This document shows positions 9,542 through 21,300 of a stretch of 64,000 bases of DNA, one piece after another; the first letter of the stretch is position 1; every line of letters starts with the position of its first letter. Source of the DNA: Promethearchaeota archaeon (GTDB taxonomy: Archaea; Asgardarchaeota; Lokiarchaeia; Sigyniarchaeales; SOKP01); NCBI GenBank assembly GCA_030599585.1, contig JAUVNS010000019.1, positions 16,404-80,403 on the forward strand. Direction: 5' to 3'. The notes beneath the pieces are model-generated. The model saw only the letters and a list, made by a program, of their open reading frames with translations, was not told where the DNA came from and searched no databases. Made by a program: the position numbers and the translations under genes.

Positions 9542-9832
9542 ATGACCCAATATCGTTTTCGGTTGACAGGTGTTCCACCCGACCAAGCTATCAAACTTAT
9601 AGAAGTAGATCCAAACCAATCTATTGCAGAAATTAAGAAAACAGTTCAGCGGGAATACAAACTTAACCCAATATTAGCTATCCAGTTTATCTTTAAAGGA
9701 AAAGTACTTCCTGACCAGTTAAAATTCGCTAAAATAGGAATTCATCCTAAAAAGGATGTAATTACCGTAATGGCGACCCAGGCGGGAGGAAATCGGCGCT
9801 ACGCCGCGGTTAACCTATTTCCAATCATTTAA
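9542..9832 (+). CDS. Ubiquitin-like protein (beta-grasp) with di-Gly followed by a 13-aa extension
   Basis: Ubiquitin pattern SIAEIKKTV...IQFIFKGKVLPD...IGI...ITVM, then ATQAGG|NRRYAAVNLFPII. A GGAG SD-like motif at 9537-9540. Confidence 0.85.
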   Translation: MTQYRFRLTGVPPDQAIKLIEVDPNQSIAEIKKTVQREYKLNPILAIQFIFKGKVLPDQLKFAKIGIHPKKDVITVMATQAGGNRRYAAVNLFPII

Positions 9833-10602
9833 TTAACCCATTTTTTTTTCAATTTAGCTCTTTTAACCATTTTTCTATAATTAAATTTATCTTGTTCAAA
9901 ATCGTAACCATGGTATTCCAACACAATTTCAACATCAAACTCATCATAATCATAACCGAATTCTTCGATAAAAGCAACACCATTATGAACGCACATCAAA
10001 GCATTCCCTAGATCATGCGAATAAATACCACAAAAATCAGATACGGGCACTTTCCTAAGCGCGAACATTTGCGCTTCGATTAAGCCCGTAAGTCCGTCCT
10101 TATCGAGATCAAATGGGCTGAAATTAAATTCTTCACGCGTTCTTTTTGGAAACATCTCATATTTTTTAGACCTCCAACCGCCCAATGAGGTTCCTGATGC
10201 TCCGTAATAAAAGACAGCGGGGAAAAATAAGCTGTCGGGCGTCATTACAAACAATAACGTGTGGAACAATTGCTCATCTCCTCCAAACTCTAAATCGGGA
10301 AGGAGAGTTTTGAGAGACCCTGCAAGGAGCAGGTCGTGTTTAATATCATTCATAAGTCCACCAATATTTGAAAGTTTATCGCATTTTATCTCGTCAAGAG
10401 CCATGAAACCCTCAAAATCACCAAAGTGAGCTCCAGCTCCGCAAACTTTTCCACTCCATTTCCTAAACAAGGGATCAATGGATATATCGCGAAAATTGAA
10501 GTAGACAAAGCCGTATCCGTTAGATCCTACCTGTGCGTTTTTAACATTACACTGGTCTAACGCTCCATTTGATGTTAGACTTTTTATCTTCTTAATATCC
10601 AT
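9829..10602 (-). CDS. Hypothetical cytoplasmic protein, candidate immunity protein of the giant toxin
   Basis: 257 aa with no signal peptide or TM and an acidic C-terminal patch. Co-oriented and 44 bp downstream of the giant ORF stop. The function is inferred from position only. Confidence 0.55.
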   Translation of the reverse strand: MDIKKIKSLTSNGALDQCNVKNAQVGSNGYGFVYFNFRDISIDPLFRKWSGKVCGAGAHFGDFEGFMALDEIKCDKLSNIGGLMNDIKHDLLLAGSLKTLLPDLEFGGDEQLFHTLLFVMTPDSLFFPAVFYYGASGTSLGGWRSKKYEMFPKRTREEFNFSPFDLDKDGLTGLIEAQMFALRKVPVSDFCGIYSHDLGNALMCVHNGVAFIEEFGYDYDEFDVEIVLEYHGYDFEQDKFNYRKMVKRAKLKKKWVN

Positions 10603-10646
10603 CGTTATAATAATAAAAAGAAAAATATTTAAAGTTATGCTTAAGT

Positions 10647-12332
10647 TTAATCGATATTAAAGAAGCTACCTTTGAATTGAGTCAATCTTAATTGCGAGAG
10701 AGGAAATTTCAATATTAATTTTGCTTGTTCGTAAATGTTCTTAAGTTTAACAAGTGATTCATCTCTCAAATCCAAATCATTTCTTTGTAAACAGTCATCA
10801 ACTAAATTGTATAAGTCTTCAATTTTAGATCTTATCTTTTCTTGAACTTTAAGCGTGATCAGAAATTCGTCTAGAAGCATAATCTTTATATTTTTTGCGA
10901 ATGCTGGATTCCTTTGATTGAGATCCTTAGTCAACTGGTCAATGTCAGATTTAGTAAAGGATGGGTGAGTCAAAACAATAAATAAGAAACGATCTTTTGA
11001 CTGATATTCCTTATAATACTTCTTAGTAATGTAATAATCTTTTAATTTGGGCCGTTTTGCCTCATGTGTAAAATCTACTACTAACTCCCTTATCCCATTG
11101 GGTATTATTCTACTAAGAGTTCCGATGACAGTTAAGAATGTCGCTGAAACAGGTATTGAAAGGTCAACTTGTTTGCCTAACCTTCCTACAGGTTGTTCGC
11201 TTTCGACCCCTATTGTAAAACTATGCGATTTGAGACTCATCATTATCAAAAGTTCGATTGGTAAGTGAGTATATGTACCCACAATATTAGGTAAATAACC
11301 TTTAAGGCTTCGCGAATGTAACTTAAATGCTTTATGGGTTACATCTCGCAGATGGGAGTTTTTTGGTTGAGATAAGATATATGATCGTATTTTTTTATAA
11401 GGATTTCGGTTTTCCCTTAACATATTTCCATACGCTAAAAAGTGACCAGGGTTTAACATCTCCGTTTCAATTGTATCTATTAACTCATTGAAAGAAATAG
11501 ATCTTCCTTTGTTCTCAGATTCAAGAAAATATAACCCCCTATAGAGATCGTATTTACTTTCGACATAGACCTTAGAAGTTTCTTTATCATATTTGTTTAT
11601 ATATGGTTTACCAAATGGATTTAAAAACACAAACTCTTTAATGAATTGAGAAACCGTAGATTTTAATTTTTTCAATTGGTCTGAAGAAATCTTAATTCCT
11701 ATAGAATCAAAACGAGCTTCTGTTAATTTGTACGTGTTATAATCTATTTCAAGTAATTGAGTAAAATCAATTCTTTTATCAATTCGTCTTTTACCTAAAA
11801 ATAAACTTGCAGTATCCTTCGTAAATATCAACTTGGCTAATCTTGTGTATGAGAAAGGTACTCCCCAAAATTTAGGGAATATATCAATAAGACTCTCAAT
11901 TAACACTACCCTAGGTTTTATAGGAGTTCTTAAGTTTTCAAAAGCTTGCCCTTTAATAAATTGCATGAAATTACCATAATCTCTGAAAAATTTGGTAGTT
12001 TCATCATCTCTAGTACCATGAACGTCTTCATAAGCTTCGAGAAACTTATCCAAAAACCATTCATATGAGTGACCATCTTTGGTTGATAGAATATTGATTT
12101 TAGTTGCTCCTTTTTGAATCCAATATTCACCTTTATGATTTTTTGCCCAGATTGCGTAGTATTCGTCAAACTTTTCTTTGAGATATTGGAGGTCTTTTGA
12201 AAAGTCAAATTTCTTATCGAACCGGAACATTTCTCTCTTTAAAATCTTGTATAAATGATGAGTCATTTGAGCTATTGAATAATAAAGATTGTCAATTTTT
12301 CTATTTTCTCCCTTATTAATATCAAAAGTCAT
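10647..12332 (-). other. C-terminal basic effector region of the giant protein (aa 13990-14550), with a nuclease-like domain in the last ~210 aa
   Basis: Lys/Arg-rich, unlike the acidic body. Motifs GTYTHLPIE ... ESEQPV ... QVDL ... VVDFT resemble a restriction-endonuclease (PD-(D/E)XK) core. Confidence 0.55.
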
Positions 12333-15300
12333 TCCAATAGTTATTCCACCAAAGCTTATTCCGAGGTTTCCAAAAACACCAAATCCGCTCAGAGCAGGAA
12401 TCAATGTTTGTAGAGCCATCCATCCCAAAGACGCCACGCCTATCCCAAGAGCAACCAAAACTTGTTTTTTGTTGTTTCGCACATAATCAGCAACTTTGCT
12501 TTTGCTTATCGCGATTTTAACAGGATTGAATACCTTGCTAAAAACACTTTTAATCGAAATATCTTCCGTGAGACAGTAAGTTGCAATCGTTGTGAATGCT
12601 AGTGCGCCAAAAGGTCCGAGCAGGAACGAGGCGGTAAATCCCGTAGCCAACGAAACAAAACTAAGAACTTTGTTTGCTCCTCTAAGTAATGTCATTTGTT
12701 CTGCGTTCTGTTCTTGCTGAGACGCGATTTCGGTCTTATATTCGCTTATTTCGGTTAAAAATTGTTGCATCGTCGGTCTCAATCCTTTCGAGGCGTATTT
12801 CGAGTCGAGCCTTTCAGACAACGACTTTGGTTGAGCCTGTTGAGAACTAAACATGCTCGAAAGCGGTCCGCTGATCGCCTCTCTACCGCTCTCTGCGATG
12901 GAACTAAGAACTATCTGCAAGATAGCGTCTCCTCCTGCGCGTCGCACTAATCCCGAGACCGTGCTTTCGATCCAAGGGTCGATAACGAGTTCTTGTCCTA
13001 TTTCTTTTACTACGGCGCCAATTACGCCAGCAAAACTAAAACTTTTAGCGGCGTCTGAAAACGTTCCCAATAAATTCTTTAACACATTGCTCGAAACCTG
13101 TTTGATGCCTTCTTCACCAACAAAAGAATTTATGATGGTTCCCATACCGGCAGTAAAAACAATAGAAAGCGCAGTAGAAATCGCGGTAACTATCGCCGTA
13201 TAAACTAGTTCGTGGAATCCAAATTGCGTCTGAGTCGCAAGATTAAATTGGTAATTATATTCGAGGATGGCAGCTTCGATGGCTTGAGCGGTTGCGATTT
13301 TGCTTAATTGTTCTGATGTAAGATCCCGAACGTCCGAAACTGAGCGGTATTTTTCTACTTTTATCTCGAAAAGTATTTTTGGTTGAGAATAGGACACGCT
13401 TCCAAAATCTTGGTCTAACTCGTCTGTCTTTGAAATATAAGAATTTAGTATCATAGAAAGCGCAGGATCCGAATCGATGGTAATGATTCCCGCGCTTAAA
13501 TCGACTTTAAATTGGTCGGGAAGGAAAGTGTTAACGTGAGAACTTTTGGTTGATTTTATAGGTTCTGTTTGAGCCCAGACCACGTAAACTTCGATAGACG
13601 CGATATCTGTTTCGAGCGAAGATTCTTCGTCAAATAGCTGGATTTCGATGGAAACCGTCTCTTCCGGATCGTCGATTGCAATTACCTTGTAAATAGAGCC
13701 GTACTGATCTACTGCCGAAGAGTCTTCCGATACGAAGACGGGATACTCGGTGTAAAATTCTGGGGCTGGGATTCCGCCCATTGAATCGATAAAGCTATAC
13801 CTTGGGGAAAACCTATCGTGTTCGGTATCGTAATCAATGGTTGGGATGATAGTATCGAGGTAATTATCTCTATTATCTCCTGTTTCTTCTTGGACTTGGT
13901 TTTTTATGTAATACGCTGAACTTTTTGCGTGGTTAAACTCGGGAATTCCGATGTTATCGAAAACAGGGTTAATTACTCCAGTTGACTGGAGAAAACCGAT
14001 AACCAGAGAGTCGTCAAAATCGGAATATCCTGCCAAATTTCGCGTAGATAACCAATAATCTAATTTGGGAAGCGAGTAGGAAGTTGTAAGCGAGGAAGCT
14101 TTTTCTTCTTCAAAATTAAATTCTCGAACTATAATCTCGGCGTTATATGAGTGTTTATCGGTCTGTCCGTACACGGGGGCATATACTCCACCAAAAGAAC
14201 CAAAAATAGTAATCGGCATAATATTACCGTACATGTCGTCAAACCAGAACTTCTCTCCTAAAGTTGTATCTCCCGCAGAACTGTCTAAGCGGAAGGTACG
14301 GTGGGCGATATAGTTTTCTTGCTCCATAATTTTAACTATTTGGAAAGGAATGGAGACGGCGAGATATCCTAACATATAACCTAATGGCGAACCAGAAACG
14401 ACTCCTGCCACCATTCCCGCCGTTGTTGCCAGAAATTGTTGGAATATGTCTAACACTAAAGTGCCTAAGTCGGTTTGCTCTTCGAATTGATTAGTCGCCA
14501 TTTCTGCTGCGAGTTCTATTAAATCGCTGCTCTCGGTAAAGACCATCTTGCCTACGTCAAAAAGCACGTCGCTGAAGGTTGGCTCGTTAAAGACTCCTAT
14601 TTCTTTGTCGGATTCTCTGAAATGAATGTAATTATCCGTAAATGAATCGCCAAGGTAATTTTCGCTCCATACAATGTCTTTTTCGACCGGTAAAGTTTTA
14701 CCTGGATGGAACTTAGAATCTAAATCGTAATCAAAACCTATGCCAACGACGTTATCGTATTTGTCCATAACAATCACCGTTTCGTAGATTGAATCGTCAG
14801 AAGTATCTAAATAAAGGTAATAGCCCTCCTGATCCCGGTTCGAAAGCGAAGAGGATTTAAGATCGTTGAGCCAGTAGGTGCCTTCATTAGGCGTAGATTT
14901 AATCGCATCAACCGAGTAAGAATCAAATCCTTGACCGTTGTAAGAGTAAGTTCCAGGAATTGAGATCGATTGAGTAGAAGTAAGTAAATTTTCCGTAATG
15001 ATTTCGCCACTTTCGATTGTGGTGAGCTTGTCGAATTCAGCGGGAACATTGTCGGAAGAGTGGCTTAACTCAAAAACAGCGCTTAGATCGGTAGTTTGCG
15101 AGGTAATCGAACTACTAATTGCTGGAATTAAATAATTTTCCACGTTTGAAACTTCGGAAAGCTCGTTAGGGAAGGCGTCTTCGTACACTCTGGTACTGAC
15201 CACCTCACCTGCTTCTAAATCGCTAAACGTTATAGTCTGAGACATCTTTGAACTAGTAAAAGAGGAAACTCTAAGTTCTTCTGAAAAAGTTGCCTTTTGT

Positions 15301-18300
15301 TGGAGTTCTATTTCAGGTTTAATTTCGGTAATTTCTTTGGTATAAGTTGTAATTTCAATATTATTGTAAATAACTTCGTAGCTCGTTTCTTCGTCCATAA
15401 ATCCGTCGAGATCGGTGTCTTTTTGGACCGAATAATAATTTTTCTCTTCTATTGCGTTGGTGATCGTGGTACGGAGCATAATTCTTTTAGCGACTCCTAT
15501 GTTCGCTTGTTCGAGCTCAAACCATTCGGTACTCATGGACTCGAAATCTTTGTCTACTTGGGCCTGAACGGGGTCTGCTTCGTATACAATAGTGTAGTAG
15601 CTGATTTCTCCCGCAGGATCGACGCTACCGTACTTGAACACGTTGAATTCTCCGTCCCCCGTGATGTCAAGTTTTTCTAGGACAGATTCATGTGTGCCGT
15701 CCTCGTCAAAATCGGTCATTAAAAGCACGTTTTTTAGGTCGTTTTTTGCTTCAAAATTTTCGAAATCTATCGATTGATAATTTACATCTAAGGTAAAAAT
15801 ATCTTGCTCGTTTTGCACAAAATTGACGTTTCTGGTGTATTCCAAATGTTCAAATAAAGAATCTTCGGAACCAACTTCGTAATCTTCCATGAGTAAAAAG
15901 TAATCTAAATCGGTATATTCGAAGTCTACGTAGATACTGTCGTTCTTGGTCCATGCAGGGGTATCAGGATGGTTAAACGCGTTGTCTAACAATTTGAATT
16001 GAGAGTAATCGGATAATACTCCCGAAGTGAAGCTCAGTAGTACGACAATCCTATCAAAATCTGACAACTCAACTCCCGTCTCAGATTCGATGTAGATCGA
16101 TTCTTCTCCTGACACTACGTAACAATTTAGAAGGTTGAATTCGTATTCCGACTCGTTGAAATAAAAGCCGGTTATTGAATAAATAGCCAAGTCTTGAGCT
16201 GGAGTGTAGTCTTGCGAAAGTTCAAACTCCCCTGAGATGGCATTGGTGTCGTATGGGTAAACATTTTCGATTGCGATGTGTCTCGTCTCGAACTCGCTGA
16301 GCGATTGATTGTAAAGCACAGAATCAAAATCTTCTGTTGCTTCGTCGTACCACTCAAAAGTAATTCCTAAAACCGAAGTATTCACATTAGGTTGATCGAT
16401 TAAGCGCCATTCTTCCCACGCGTTATCGTCTGCCCAAGAGAGATATAAATACCTAAATTTTTCAATGTGAGGGTTATAATCTTCTCGCAACCCTTCTAAC
16501 TCTAATTCAGTAGTCTGCTCGTCGTAATACCACGCGTTGTAATGCTCGCTATACATGTTATTCCAATAGATGTCGTACACTCCTTGGGAAACGGTTTCGC
16601 CGAACAAATGATCGTCAAAGTAATAGTAATTACCCGCGGTGTCAAAAGCGTCGAAATAGAAAGTTTCGTTTACTCCGCTATCATCGTAGTAAAGAGGTGG
16701 GTTGCTTCCGGAGTCAAATATGACGTGTTCAGAATATATATCTTCGTAGTCTCCGTAGTAAAACTTTTCCATGTTGTTATTTGGATACACTTCAAATATA
16801 TCTGAATCATAAAGAGTAGCGTTTTCGTCAAATTCAAACATAAAGAAAGAATCTACAATAATTTGATACCGAGGATCGTTTGAAGAAATAACAATATCTG
16901 TAATATAACAATGATCTATCCCTTCGCTATCAATAACTTTAAACGTGGAAGAAATGTCTTCAAAGCTTACGTTAAACACTTTTTGTCGATAAGTGTCCAA
17001 AAATTCGTTTTCGAACGGAGTTAGGTCTAACTGGCTTTCCCAAGCGACCATTTTTTCCCTGTTCTCAAACAAATCGAGCTCAACTGAATATTCTTCTCCG
17101 TCGGTATTAATGCCTAGCAAACTCACTTCGGCGAACGGGACGTAATCGGGCTCTCCCGGCTCTCCCTTTCTGAAATTTTCGATATAAGGAGATTTCTGAA
17201 GGATCATCTCGCCTACCGCCAAACTAATGGTTTTAGGAAGAGTCGAATTGTATTTGAGGAACAAAATATCGTTGTCGTACATCTCTATCGCATTTTCTAG
17301 ACCGTCTAAGTAAGATGTTGGTAGCGAAATATTATGAACTGAAATATCGTACGCGTTTTGCACGCCGTTGTAATCAAAACTATCTATTCTGTTACCGATT
17401 TCCGAAATGCTATAAACGTATTCAAATTCGCCGTTAAGCACTAACACTTCCTCACCCGTGTCAAACATGAGGCGCTCTAAATCAATAGGTAAATAGCCCT
17501 CTATAGTGTCGCTTTCAATCCATTGAATCGTTTGCAAGTACGGATAGCCTTCTTCGTAATAATAAGCGTAAAAGTCGGTTTCGGTCAAAAATTCAGGCGT
17601 AAATACTATACTTGCGTTATTCGTTGTAGTAAATTGATCCCAACTACTTGATTCAGGTAAAGTAATATAGACCGATCCTGTCTCTGATTCTATCATATCG
17701 AGAGTTATTTCGGTTTCTCCAATTTTGGTAGAAGCGCCGTAATAAAATTCTGCTTTTATGCTAGAGATTACTTCGGGGTTCATAATTCCTAACCGCATGA
17801 TTAACGTATCGAAACTATCCCAACCGTCTGGATCGCTCAATTCTTCCGATAAGTAGTAAGTTAGCGCGTTAGTCTCGTTTAAAATCGCCATTACTTCTTG
17901 GACCATGCCTTTGCCAACTGGAGATTCAGAATCGTAATCAAACACGAAATAATCCGACTCAAAATTGGGGGCGAGGTTATTTTCTGGATCTTGAGCTACT
18001 TCCCAATTTAATAAGGTATAAGCTTCATTAGTTAAGTCGATCTCTAAATTGTGATAATATTGGTATTTATTGTGGAAATCTGCGCCAATCTCAACGTAAA
18101 CCACGTCTCCTTCGCCAATTGCTCCTGTTTGTGTAGGTTTATCAAAATAGTAGTTAGACACCCCTTCCCCATCTTTTAAGTCTATAGAAAGCCTCTTCAT
18201 TCCTGAATCGTAAGTCATATCTTGCTCCTTGAAATAATCTTTATCTCCGGTTATGTTGTAGAAATAGGCAAATATGATTGGAGTGGAATCGTAATCCAAC

Positions 18301-21300
18301 AGTGGCTGATTGTAGTCTATGTATAACTCAGCGACGTCGTTGTAAATATTATGACCGTCTAAAGCGAAGTCTAACGTTATGGTATTTTTCTCTACTAACC
18401 TGTAATTAAGCGCCATCTGATATTGATAGTTAGCCGATAAATTGTAATATAATGGAGACATTATAGACGAGCCGCTAAATGGGTAGTAATCGTTGTAAAA
18501 TTGCATTTCCCATGGCTGAACTTCGATAAACATGTGTTTAGTTTCTAAAAGCCCGCCTCGAGTTTTTGCCCAGTATTCGACCGTAAATTTCTCTCCTATG
18601 ACTAACTCTAATTTCATATTTTCTGTAAAGGTAATGTTGTTTCCTTCTACAGACAATATTTTTTCAATCAAGTCAATTTCTATTCCTAATTCGTCCTTGA
18701 CCACGAAACTGTAGCCGTCTCCGAACAAAATATCGTCTTGGGAAGCAGTGTAACTCAAACTTTCTCTTGGATAATAGTAGGTTAGTAATATTTCGGAGTC
18801 TTCTAAGATATCGATCTCTCTGAAATCGTACTTGCTAAGCGCGAAAGTATAAACCGGATATTCGGACAGGTCATGTTGCCAGCCGTAAATATATTTTGCG
18901 TCTATGTATCTTTCGCCGGAAGAAGTTTGTACTACCATTCCAAACGGTTGAATATTGTCATATCTTTCTTGGAATTCTCCTCCGTAAGTTAAGTTGACTT
19001 CACCGTAGAACAACTCTCCACCGTAATCTGTGAAGTCCGTGAAGGTAAATTCGGTAAAATTATATTCGGTTGGATAAAATTGGAATTCGTCAACAACAAA
19101 AGATTTGAAGTCTTCTACTGGGGCGTATTCAGAAATTTGGTAGAAAGACGCGTTAAAAGTATCGGTGGTTGTTAAGTCAGGATGGTAAGCGAAATTTGAC
19201 CATTCAACCGCTTCTGAAACCGGGAATTGCCAATGAAGTTCGGAATTATAAGTGTTTTGGTCTTCTGCTATTGCGTAATCAGAAGATGTAAACTCGTGAA
19301 CGCTGTGGAAATCTATTTGAATCTCGTCGCTTCCTAATATACTCACGATCTCGCTCACTTGTCTGAAGAAGTGAACTTGAGTTTGACCTTCTTCAGTAAG
19401 AACTATTTCGTAATCAACGCTTGGAGTTAATTTCACAAAACTGGTAGGATACGAAAGAGCGTTATCTGGATTGTAGCCAAGATAATCGTCTTCTGTTAAG
19501 GCAAATCCTTGCCACGACTCTACCCAATCCCAAGGTCGAGCTATTCTATCGATATTAGAAATTTCGATATTATCTATTTTTTCTGTTGAATCCGGAATTG
19601 AAATTGCAAATTCCACTCCTGAAGGTAAATCAGTAGTGATAATGTTTTGAGGTTCGGTAATGTCAATTCTGTGGTGTAAATATAATTCTCCCTCAACAAA
19701 TATTCCATCGCTAGTAAGCGGGAGTTCGGAAAGGACAAAGTTCTCGTTAAAAATATCTTCGTCAAAACTCTCTATATCAACTACATAATCTTGTTCCCAA
19801 TTAATATTGAATTCTAAGTCGCTAACATATTCGTCTCCGTAGGTGTTAGTTCCTTTACCCGCGTATAAATTCACTTCTCCTTCGATATATTCTGGAAGTT
19901 CTAAATCGTAGGCGTTTAAGTGGAATCCGAGCGAATCTACCAACCTTCTATCGTTTTCTTCTAAACATTGGAAGTAAAATTGGTCGTCTTCTTGGGTTTC
20001 GAAGGCTAAATCGTTGTTTTCGTCTCTATAAAGCTCTACTAAGTCGCCGTATCCGTTAAATCCTTCTACTGCTATGGTGAACCACGCGTTGTCCACTACA
20101 TCGTAGGCGTCCGTAAGGCGATCTGTGTAAATTTGAGCGTAATTTTGCGTATTGATGATAGTTGACACTTTTAAATTTCCTTCGGAATCGACTCGAGGTT
20201 TGGAGACTGTTTCTAATATCCTATCGTCTGCTGTAAGGTTGAAACTGCTAATAATTACGTAAGGAACTATGTTTGGCTTGTCTCCGTAGCTTAGGAAGTC
20301 TATCTGAATATCGAATGTAGTATATCCAATTGTTGCGTATATGGGTTGGAGCGAAATTTCGAAGTCAATTTCGTTTTCTCCTGAGGTTGGAATTATGTCA
20401 ACATAATCAAAATAGGATTCTCCATCTTCGGTGGTTATGGTAAATGTCGCTAGTATAGGTTTTAAGTTAGCAGCGTTCTCTAAGGCACAATCGTCCAAGT
20501 AAAAGGTTCCGCTAAGAGTTGTGTCGTATAATAGCGAAAGATATTCAAACGAGACGGTGGTTTTATTATCTCTCAAAAATGGCACGATTATTATTGGAGA
20601 ATTTGATTCCATTGGATTTTCAGGTTCATCTGGAACTTCGATTAAATCGATTGGTGTAGGACCAGATTCGTAATCGTAAATTTCATTAGAGGAATGAAGC
20701 TCAGAAAGTTTCCTAACGGCGTCGTACACGTTCATGTCAATTCTCTGATAACCTCTATCTAACTTATAGGTAGAAACGCCATAAGAGAGATAAATATCTT
20801 TATCACTTAAAGTAGCAAATTCAACTTGAATTTGACTTCCAAGATCATTAAGAATGTAGGTATCTGATAAATCGGTCCCATCTAGGTCGTCAATAGAAAA
20901 AATTTTAATATTAGCAGGAATAATATTTGGATACCCCTTATACAAAGTGGTTTTTCCGTTTACATTTATGTTATAAGTTTCGTTAAATATTGAATAAAAT
21001 ACTCCTAAATTATCAATGTGATCGCACGTTATTGGGTTAAAAATTAATTGTGAATTGCTAAATCCTTCTTGTTCTGAGAAAGTAAACGACAATACTTCGC
21101 TAGGATCTATTTGTATTGCGTAGGATATAATTAAATCTGAATGATTGTCTAAATCGGCTATAGGACCTTCGTTTAAAGTCATTTTTCCCGAAGTATCAAA
21201 GTTGTATTGTAATGAAGAAATAATTTCTTCGCGATAATTTATCATGCCTCTGACTTCTACTACCTCTATGCTTAAGTCTTCGTAGCCTCGTAAATTGAGC

